A stretch of DNA of 63,961 nucleotides, counting the filler, from Klebsormidium nitens (taxonomy: Eukaryota; Plantae; Klebsormidiophyceae): the NCBI GenBank assembly GCA_000708835.1. It is 5 parts of 5 records of this genome, joined end to end, with 100 filler letters (N's around TTAATTAATTAA, not from the genome) between each part and the next. Parts side by side here need not be neighbours in the genome. Positions count along the whole stretch, not along the records: positions 1 to 21,614 come from DF237517.1; 4 more parts are not named here. One strand, written 5' to 3'. The position numbers were made by a program, and so were the translations under genes. How positions within the stretch are numbered: position 1 is the stretch's first letter; each line of letters starts with the position of its first letter. The notes under the pieces are model-generated. The model was not told the DNA's origin. It searched no databases and saw only the letters and a list, made by a program, of their open reading frames with translations. This document shows positions 7,949-17,800 of this stretch, in pieces.

Positions 7949-10900
7949 ATGTACACGGCCAAATCATACTCTGGCACTGTTCGGTTCGGTAAGGTATATG
8001 CAACTGAGTTTTACAAGGGCAACGTGCCACTGGAATCAAGCGGTGGAGGCGCTTCTGCCCCAACTTCCAACTTCAACCCTGCAACTGATAACAGTGTAAG
8101 TCTTGGTGCGTCCAATCTGCAATACAAAGGCGTGTATGCCACAACTCTCTACCAAGGAGGGCAACCACTGAAACGTATAGCCACAAGCGCATCCGCAGCC
8201 GATGTTGAGCTTGGTACCTTCAACGTGGGCTCCTTTGCAACGAGTGTGGTGCCTGTTGGCAGCCAGAGCCTGGGAAGCTCAAATGCACCATGGGACACCC
8301 TCTATTCGAGGAGGGTTGGAGTTGGCACCTCTAACCCCCAAGCCTCCTTGCATGTTGCAAATGGTGATGCCCGGTTTGACAGCAACGTGACAATCAATGG
8401 GCGCCTTGACGTGAAGGGGCCAATCAATTATGTAACCAGTACCGACCTCCTAGTCGAGGATCGAACCATCACTCTTGCTCAGTCAGATAGCCCGTCTGAT
8501 GTGAATGCTGATGGGGCTGGCATTAGGGTAATGGGTGATGATTTTGCAGATGATCCAGGCGCAATCTCTTTCACGTGGAATGATGTGGACGGAGGCGTGT
8601 GGTTGGCAAAGGGAGGTGCCGTCGGGTTGCAAGCAGGAAGCAATCAGATCCGCTTCACAGGAGGTGGGGCAGGCGGCCTGAGAATTGTTGATGAGGACTC
8701 GAGCACTGTGGCTTTTGACATGCCCATCGTGCCAGTGGGCTCAAACACTCTGGGCACCGCGTCAGATGCTTGGGAGACTCTGTACGCCAATACCGGTCAC
8801 TTTTACCAGCTCGGGTCTGCAGATGACCCCCTTCAGAGCCTCTACACATCCGTTGCATCTATCAAGGATGAGCTCAGCGTTGATGAGGGGGGCACCATAA
8901 CCCTCTCTGCCGACGTGCTCTCTGGCAGTAACGGAACATATGACCTGGGCTCAGACTCAAACACATGGAAGTCTGTTCATGCAGTGGATGCAACTCTGAG
9001 CGGGCCACTGATTGCTGGAGGGGCCACACTGTCTGGCGACCTCGACATGAGGAGCAACAGCATCTCGTGCTCAGGCGACCTCGGGTCTTTAAATGACCCC
9101 CTTCAAACCCTCTACACATCGGTTGCATCAATCAAGAATGAGCTCAGCGTTGATGAGGGGGGCACCATAACACTCTCTGCTGACGTGCTCTCTGGCAGTG
9201 ATGGAACTTACGACCTGGGCTCAGACTCAAACACCNNNNNNNNNNNNNNNNNNNNNNNNNNNNNNNNNNNNNNNNNNNNNNNNNNNNNNNNNNNNNNNNN
9301 NNNNNNNNNNNNNNNNNNNNNNNNNNNNNNNNNNNNNNNNNNNNNNNNNNNNNNNNNNNNNNNNNNNNNNNNNNNNNNNNNNNNNNNNNNNNNNNNNNNN
9401 NNNNNNNNNNNNNNNNNNNNNNNNNNNNNNNNNNNNNNNNNNNNNNNNNNNNNNNNNNNNNNNNNNNNNNNNNNNNNNNNNNNNNNNNNNNNNNNNNNNN
9501 NNNNNNNNNNNNNNNNNNNNNNNNNNNNNNNNNNNNNNNNNNNNNNNNNNNNNNNNNNNNNNNNNNNNNNNNNNNNNNNNNNNNNNNNNNNNNNNNNNNN
9601 NNNNNNNNNNNNNNNNNNNNNNNNNNNNNNNNNNNNNNNNNNNNNNNNNNNNNNNNNNNNNNNNNNNNNNNNNNNNNNNNNNNNNNNNNNNNNNNNNNNN
9701 NNNNNNNNNNNNNNNNNNNNNNNNNNNNNNNNNNNNNNNNNNNNNNNNNNNNNNNNNNNNNNNNNNNNNNNNNNNNNNNNNNNAGGTGACCTCGACATGG
9801 GGAGCAACAGCATATCGTGCTCAGGTGACCTCGGGTCTTCAAATGACCCCCTTCAAACCCTCTACACATCGGTTGCATCAATCAAGAATGAGCTCAGCGT
9901 TGATGAGGGGGGCACTATAACACTCTCTGCTGACGTGCTCTCTGGTAGTGATGGAACTTACGACCTGGGCTCAGACTCAAACACATGGAAGTCAATTCAT
10001 GCAGTAGACGCAACTCTGAGCGGCCCCCTGACCGCTGGAGGGGCCACACTGTCCGGTGACCTCGACATGGGGAGTAACAGCATCAGCTGTGCGGGAAACT
10101 TGGGCACTCTGGCAAGCCTCGCCGCCGAAACCGCTGACTTGGGGTCCCTAGAGGTGAGCGAGCAGTTCAACGTCCGGGATGGTTCGACCACATCGCTTGC
10201 GGCTCCGCTCATCCCTGGCAGCAACAATCAATATGACGTCGGCTCTGTGTCCAACTCGTGGCGCACGGTCTATGCCAGCAACGCGACCCTCGCTGGCTCT
10301 TTGACGGCGCGTGGCGCATCTCTGTCGGCGCCCATCTCACTGGGCAACAATGGGGTGACCCTCACCGGCCAGATTGCCAGCTCGAGCAGCAGAGCATCTG
10401 CCCTCTACTCGTCCGTTGCAGACGTTAACACGTCTCTTGTGAACAGCAACCTGACCTTACAACCTGGCTCTACCACCAACCTCTCAGCAGATTTACAGCC
10501 AGGGAGCAACTCGACCTTCAGCCTTGGCAGCTCAAATAGCAGCTGGAAAACCTTGTACGCAAGCAATGCCATCCTTAGTGCCGGGCTCACCTGCAAGGGT
10601 GTGGATACACAAGGGTCAAATATCACTGTGGGTTCGGGGAGCCTGACCGGAGCCTCTGCCAGTGTGTCCAACCTGACCGTCAACGGGGGCGGTTCGACCG
10701 CGTTCTATACATCGCTCACGCCAGGCAGCAATGGAGCATATGATATCGGGTCTGCTTCAGTGATTTGGCGGAACGTGTATGCGAGCAACCTGACGGTCAC
10801 TGGCACACTGAACCTGAGCAGCAATGCAACGACTTCGACCCAGGGGTCTCCAAGCAGCAGGGTTGCAGTTTATGGGACAACAGTTGATGCGAACTATGTT

Positions 10901-13900
10901 GTGATCAACAATGACCTTACTGTTGGGTCAGGTGCAACGACCAACTTTGCAACCTCGCTTTTGCCTGGAAGCAATGGCATCTATAACATCGGGGCTGCTG
11001 GCAACGCCTGGAATGCAATCTATGGGTCCAACGTTACACTCTCAGGACAATTGAAAGCGGCTTCTGGCATCACATCATCGAATGGTCTCACAGTCGCGGC
11101 TGGATCGGCTTCTTTTGGGAGCAACGTTTCGGTGGCTGGCCCGTTGACGGTCGCAGGTGGGCTGACCTCGTCTAACGGGCTCTCAGTTGCAGCAGGCACA
11201 GCAAGTTTTGGGAGCAATGTTGCGGTCTCGGGCCCGCTTGTAGCGTCGGGCGGGCTTACTTCGTCAAACGGTCTCACTGTGGCTGCTGGTTCAGCTTCTT
11301 TCGGGAGCAATGTGTCAATCACTGGCCCGTTGACAGCCGCAGGCGGATTGACCTCGTCTAACGGGCTGTCAGTTTCCGCGGGCACCGCGGCTTTTGGAAG
11401 CAATGTTGCAGTTTCAGGACCACTGACAGCGTCAGGTGGGCTTACCTCGTCGAACGGCCTCACTGTGACAGCTGGTACNNNNNNNNNNNNNNNNNNNNNN
11501 NNNNNNNNNNNNNNNNNNNNNNNNNNNNNNNNNNNNNNNNNNNNNNNNNNNNNNNNNNNNNNNNNNNNNNNNNNNNNNNNNNNNNNNNNNNNNNNNNNNN
11601 NNNNNNNNNNNNNNNNNNNNNNNNNNNNNNNNNNNNNNNNNNNNNNNNNNNNNNNNNNNNNNNNNNNNNNNNNNNNNNNNNNNNNNNNNNNNNNNNNNNN
11701 NNNNNNNNNNNNNNNNNNNNNNNNNNNNNNNNNNNNNNNNNNNNNNNNNNNNNNNNNNNNNNNNNNNNNNNNNNNNNNNNNNNNNNNNNNNNNNNNNNNN
11801 NNNNNNNNNNNNNNNNNNNNNNNNNNNNNNNNNNNNNNNNNNNNNNNNNNNNNNNNNNNNNNNNNNNNNNNNNNNNNNNNNNNNNNNNNNNNNNNNNNNN
11901 NNNNNNNNNNNNNNNNNNNNNNNNNNNNNCACTGTGACAGCTGGTACGGCATCCTTTGGTAGCAACTTGTCGGTGACAGGCGCAGCGAGCTTTGGGAGCA
12001 ATGTGGGAGTCTCGGGCCCGCTCGTAGCGTCAGGTGGGCTCACCTCGTCAAACGGACTCACTGTAGCCGCTGGGTCCGCTTCTTTTGGGAGTAATGTGTC
12101 AGTCACCGGCCCATTGACGGCCGCAGGCGGACTGACCTCATCTAACGGACTGTCAGTTTCCGCGGGCACCGCAACTTTTGGAAGCAATGTTTCGATTTCG
12201 GGGCCACTGACAGCGTCAGGTGGGATTACCTCTTCGAATGGTCTGACGGTTTCTGCTGGAACAGCGACGTTTGGCAGCAACCTCGTAGCATCAGGCACTA
12301 TCACCGGTTCGAATGGCCTGACGGTAGCGGGGGGAAGTGTTAGCTTTGCGAGCAATCTCACAGTTGCTGGGGCGATTGTCTCATCGAACGGTGTGACCGG
12401 GTCTTCCTTCAGCACGACTGGGGCGATCAGTGCAGGAACGGGTAATTTTTCTGGAGACGTGACAGTGAGTGGAAACTTCAATGTTGGGGGCCGCATTGAT
12501 TATGTCAGCACTTCGGAGCTGCTGGTTGCGGATAAGCATATTACGCTCGCATCCTCGTCCAATCCAACCGACGCACTTGCCAGTGGGGCGGGACTCTACA
12601 TACAAGGGTCCAACTATGCAGCTTCCAACAGCACCATATCTCTCACGTGGAACACCGGTGCAAACGGGAACTACTGGCTGACAATGGGAGGGAACGTGGC
12701 GCTTCAGGGGACGAGCGGGTCCAAGATGGTGACCCTCTCAACGGCTTCTGACGGGTCCTTGAAGCTTCTCTCTGATGACGGGACGACCGCTACCAGCACG
12801 GCTGCTTTTGGTGTACCTCTCATACCCGCCAGCTCCGCCCTGGACATTGGCAGCTCCTCTAACCTTTGGGGGACGCTGTACGCATCGAGCGTTGGGAGTG
12901 CATCGAAGCTCGTCCCTGTCTTTGCATCTACCATCAGCTGCAGCAACCTGACAGCAACAGCTGCGGTCACCGGAGGAAGCCTATCTGCTGGTGCTGGTTC
13001 GCTCACGGCTGGTGCGGCAACACTCGGGGCCCTCTCGTGCACAACGATATCCACAAACAATTGCAACATCTCTGTTGGCACCGGTTCAATAACGGCTGGT
13101 GCAGTGACTTTTGGGGCGGTCACGTGCGGTTCAATTGGAACCCAAGGCAATTCGATCAGTGCAGGAGTGATTTCGTGCACGGGTGTAAGCCCCGGAGCTT
13201 CCAACTCGTATGACGTGGGAAGCAGCTCGCTGACATGGCGCAACGCCTACTTTGCCGGCACGGTGAGTGCAAGCACTTACTCCGGCCTCACCCGAAAGTA
13301 TTGGAACAAGTACAACATGGGGCTCATCAATGAGACCACGGGCTATCACAAGATTGCAACGTTGCTCCCCTGGACTGGGGCAAACAATTCGGTCTTGAGG
13401 CTGTCCGGGCAGTTTGGTGGCGAGGCTGCCTTTGCAGTGCTGGACATGTACATCTCGACGCGCCCCACCCCGCTCACGGTTTCGGGGACCGCTTATGGCA
13501 ATCTGGCTGCTGCCAAGGCGTACGGGGATATCGCAATATACTTGGAAACCTCCTCGAACTACAGCGTGTACCTGTCATCGACGAAGCAATTTGGTTCCTG
13601 GGACCTGAGCGTGGAGGGCAGTTCGGGAAATGTTCTCTTGGAGCCATCTGCCTCAAACACGGCCGCGCCAACCGGCACACTTCAGACCCCTTCGCCGTTG
13701 AGCCAGCTCAATATCTCGACAGAGCTGTCGACCAAGGTCACAACGCTGTCCACAAATCTCTCATGCAGCAATCTAACTGCAGCGGGCACCTTCAGCTTGG
13801 GACCTCTCACGGGGAGCTATAGCAATGCTGCAGGGCCGTTCGTCGTCTCCGCTGGCTTTGATGCGGTCGGGTCGAATCACAGCATCCCATTGCCGCCCGG

Positions 13901-14150
13901 AGAGAGGAATCAGGCAGGCATACTGACCGTTTTTGCAAAGAATCTGAACGGATCTTATGGTGGGTCAAAGGCTGGTTATCTGAGGATATTCTACAGTTCA
14001 TTAGCAGGTGATGTGAACAACGCTTTCGGGGTGATTGAATCATATGCACCACGCATGACGACGTTTTCCGCCACTGCCAACGGGCAGGGCTGCACAATAG
14101 CCACTGATGCTGATTGTGCGGTTGCATACAAGTTCGAAGGTGCATGCTGA
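7949..14150 (+). CDS. Giant Gly/Ser/Thr-rich virion fibre/tail-fibre-like protein 1 (~2000 aa, interrupted by two N gaps)
   Basis: ORF 7898-11962 and ORF 11934-14150 carry the same repeats on both sides of gap 11479-11930. The two gap flanks share ACTGTGACAGCTGGTAC and join in frame. Contains VGVGTSNPQASLHV, many P-x(4-5)-YDLG-x(4)-W motifs, and 90-aa and 31-aa tandem repeats. Likely start MYTAKSY at 7949. Confidence 0.8.
8822..10080 (+). repeat. 270-bp (90-aa) tandem repeat within fibre 1
   Basis: Unit starts ATGACCCCCTTCA at 8822/9092 and again at 9842 after gap 9236-9783. Unit peptide: DPLQSLYTSVASIKDELSVDEGGTITLSADVLSGSNGTYDLGSDSNTW... Confidence 0.92.
11070..12370 (+). repeat. 93-bp (31-aa) tandem repeat with 186-bp higher-order periodicity within fibre 1
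   Basis: Unit GPLTVAGGLTSSNGLSVAAGTASFGSNVAVS. GGCCCGTTGAC recurs at 11138 and 11324 (186 bp). The array spans gap 11479-11930. Confidence 0.92.
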
Positions 14151-14234
14151 TTCCAATTCTTATCAGTCGGAGGAGTCATATCTGCAAAATGGCCTCTCTA
14201 CCAAACACTCGCTCCTTATGCGATGCATAAGCCT

Positions 14235-14683
14235 TCAAAACAAACGTCTTTGCGCTCCGTCACCAACTTGAAGCCGAGCCCATCCATCTCCCGGGTCATC
14301 TTCGCTCCTGTCAGCGAGGTCGCCAGCTCCTCTGATGAAAGCTTTGGACGCGTCACTAGAGCTGTGAGTACTGACGGCCATGATCACATCGATCACGCTC
14401 CCCTTGCCGCGGTGTTGGCTGCAGTTACCTCCTCGGAGTTGCGGCCTGCCCGACGAACGTAATCCCTTCCCTCCTCGAGTGCGAGAGCCGTGAGCTTGCA
14501 AATCGCTCCCACCCTAGTCTCGTACTTGAGGAACTCTGCAGCCTCGTCAATAAGGATCGGGAAGGCTTCTTCAGAAGACCACACCTTGACCAGGGACTCT
14601 CCGATGCCAAGCCTATTCTCCAGGTCGGCCCCCTGTACTGTTGGGTTCGCGAGGACTACTTGAGCGAGAGAAAGAGGAGCCAT
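14235..14683 (-). pseudogene. Frameshifted MSV199/AntA-like (KilA/Bro-type) DNA-binding protein gene
   Basis: EAFPILIDEAAEFLKYETRVGAICKLTALALEEGRDYV resembles the F-x-I-x-L-D-x(2)-W-x-W-L-G-Y...F-x-E-G-x-D-Y pattern of NCLDV MSV199/antirepressor-like domains. A one-base shift at ~14400 (GCAAGGGGAGC) continues into SVIDVIMAVSTHSSSDASKAF, which is Bro-N-like. Confidence 0.5.
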
Positions 14684-14880
14684 GCTGATTGATGCCTTTT
14701 ATTGCAGAACCGGTCACAGGCCTCAAGAATGCTCTTGATGTGGTGGAGGCCAACCGCTAGTTCTAAGTTGAAATTCGTGCTGTTCCTAGCTCCTAAGCCA
14801 CAATCTTCTGAGCCTGTGGATCTTTCTACTGCTGGGAATTTTCTTCCAAGGCTGTCCCAGAAGCCAGCACTCGCAACCTC

Positions 14881-17800
14881 CTATGCCACCCTTTGCTCAA
14901 GGACAGCTAATCTACCAACGAGTGATGCTACCATATCCTTGAGCTCTTTGATCTCGCGGTCTTTTTGTGCCCGAAGCTCCTTTACGGCTTCGACCATGTT
15001 TGCGTGAAAGGCATCCCCGATGCCGTATGACTTGACCCCATCCGGGCACAGCTCTTCTTCCTCCTTGCACTGTGCTGTTCCCGCACAGGACAGCTCCGGA
15101 AAGGCCTCGTCGATTTCTTGGGCGATAAAGCCCGTCACGCCCTTGTCGCCGTTGTGAGCTTCCGGGAATTTGTAGTCGAAGACGCGCCCCGTCATCCCGC
15201 ATATCCTGTCTAGCGCCCCGGTGACGGGCCGGATGTTCGTCTTGACGCGCTTATCGGAACTCATGGCTGCGATCGCTGTGCTCTGTGCGTGGATCACACC
15301 GCCGTTATCGAAATAGACTCGCTTGGTGAAGAAAGACGTCGTGTATTGACTGGCCGTCCCACTGCTCTGTTGAAAAAAATTCAGGCAAAAGCCCCCGGTT
15401 GTTAACTTCCACTTTGCATTGACTACATCATCGAGGACGATGCCTGCCCCTGCGGAAGACGCTCCCAGGATGAGCGTGTTGTCGTCCGTGTTTGGTGTTG
15501 CAAACATGTGAAACGGAGCCGCTGGAGTGAATGCCGTGGTGGAGTTTGCGGTCATGCCGCACGCTCCGGTAGAGTAGTGCTTGCCGCTCGTATACAAGTC
15601 CACCCAAGGAAGTGCAGACGTCCCTAGACAGTAGCCGGACCCTCCAACCGTAGTTGGAGTGATGGTCCCAAAGTCGCACGTGTTTCCGTTTGCACTGATG
15701 GCTCCGGTGTTGGCTTGGTTGATCCAGACGTTGCCAGTCCGTGCAGAGGACGATCCGATGGTGCCAGTCACCAATAGGTTGGTTTGCACTCTCGCAGAAC
15801 CGTTGATGTCGAGGTGGTACTGGGGTGACGTTGTGTAGAGGCCGAAATTCCCGTTGCCACATGCATTAAAGGTCTGCGTTCCAACAGAGTAACCGTACAT
15901 TCCAAACGAGGCATAGTTGCTCGAAGACCCCGCACCTGCAGTATTGTTGAAGCCGACATAACCGCAGTTGTTGGCCGAGAGTGCAGTCCCGAAGTCGGCG
16001 AGCAGATAGTTCCCAGCCGCCAACGACGATGCCAAGAAGGTCACCATGTTGCCAATACTCACGACCGCTGGTGAGGTGACCCCGAGCCCCGCTGATGAGG
16101 TCAATCCTGCACACATGACGCTACCAGAGCTAGAGATGGAGCCGCAGGATATCGACCCGCTGTTGGAGCTGCCAGACACCGTCCACACATTTGAGCCGGT
16201 GGACCACGTGTAACCCCCAAGACTCGTGATTGGGGCGTTCATGGTGGTGGTGTCAGTGACGTTGTTCAGATATGAGAGGACGTCCACCGTCACGAGCGTG
16301 CCGCTCGGGGCTGCTGTGTTGGAGGTGGTACTGGGCTCATATAGAGTGTTCTGTTGCTGGTCGCACTCTACACATAGATCCCAGATGCAAAAATTCTGCC
16401 GATTGACGACATAAATGTCGAAAGTCGTGCCAGAGTTTGTGGTGTAGAGAGCAATATTGCAGTAGCTCCTCGCGGTCGCATAGGGGCCCGTTAGGGACCC
16501 GTTGATGGACAGGCCTCCCCTGGAAACGAGAGTCACGTCAATAGTTGCAACTTGGCCCGATGTATACCCGCCAATATGCCCGGTTATGCGCACCCCGCCA
16601 GCAGTTCCCCCAGAGCTATAGTTGCCAAGAGACGCGAGCTTGTAGTATGCATTGCTAGCGTTGACCAGGCCGGTTGCACCCATGGAGATAGCGTTCCAAA
16701 AGCGTCTCGGTAGTGCCAGGTATGTGCCCCTCAGGCTAGCCGCAGTCACTGGTCCACATGATATCGCTCCTGTGGAGTGCGTGACGTTGACTTGCCCGTT
16801 TGCCATCGAAACATTCCCAGTGCTCAAAGCTACCTGATAAGGCCGGAGGCTGTTGAATTGTCCGGTGGAGTCGCCCGGGTTTGTCATGAGCTGATAGTAC
16901 GTCCCACCGTCCGAGTATTGGATGAATCCAGTGCTGCCAAAGGTACATTGCAGGAAGCCGTTCACGCCGCTGTTGCTGGTGGCCCAAAGAATTGGGGTTG
17001 CAATGCTGGTCGATACGTTGACGTTGCTGGAGAATGTTGCAGTTCCCGTGTGTGATGTGGTGCCAGTAAAGGTGCAAGCTCCGGCCGACAGCGCCCCACT
17101 GATAGCAGCCGAACCGGTCACATTCAACGTACTTGATCCGGTCCCGCTGGTGCCCACTGTCAAAGAACCCAAAAAATTGGCATTACCGGTACGTGTGTCA
17201 AACATGTGCCTTTCCGTGCTATCCCAAGTACACCTGAGACTGATTCCCCACCAGGAAGCCAGACCTCCTTCGTTGCTCCCCCCGTAACCCGTACCATCGT
17301 AATTGTTCGTCCACAGTTTAACGCCCATATTTGGATCAGCCCCGCTGTATAGGGATACTTGTGCTGCTTTCACACTCAGATTGGATCCAGATCCCATGGT
17401 GACAGTGTTTGCTGTCAACTGGCCCGTCCCTGCATTGATGTTGCTGTTGCTCGTCGTTATCGCACCACAAGTGATCGCAGTGGTCCCGAAACCGCCCACC
17501 GAAAATGCGCCCGAATTTATCTTGCTGGCATCCAAACTCGGAATCTGGGACGCCGTGAAGGTACCCGTGGTCGATGCGGCAGCGATGGAGCCCGCCGGAA
17601 GACTTATTGTTCCAGCGGAGACGGTCAGCCCGTTGGATGAGGTTAGGCCGCTGACAACGACGAGGTTGCTGCTGCATGTAGTAGTGCCGCTGAAGGTGGC
17701 TGCAGCGGTTGATAGCGTTCCTGTCGTAACAAGATTTGTGCTCCCGAATGCCCCGATAGAAAACGTTCCTGAATTTATGTTGCTGGCATTGAGGTTTGGA

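Noticed and set aside
8822-12370. Regular repeats that could be mistaken for a CRISPR array
   Set aside because: Units are contiguous, in-frame coding repeats (270 and 93 bp) without unique spacers, and no cas genes are present.
11020-12496. Long minus-strand ORFs (11020-11952, 11432-12496) and similar antisense ORFs over the fibre genes
   Set aside because: Antisense shadows of repetitive Gly/Ser/Thr codons and of N runs; no independent coding signal.
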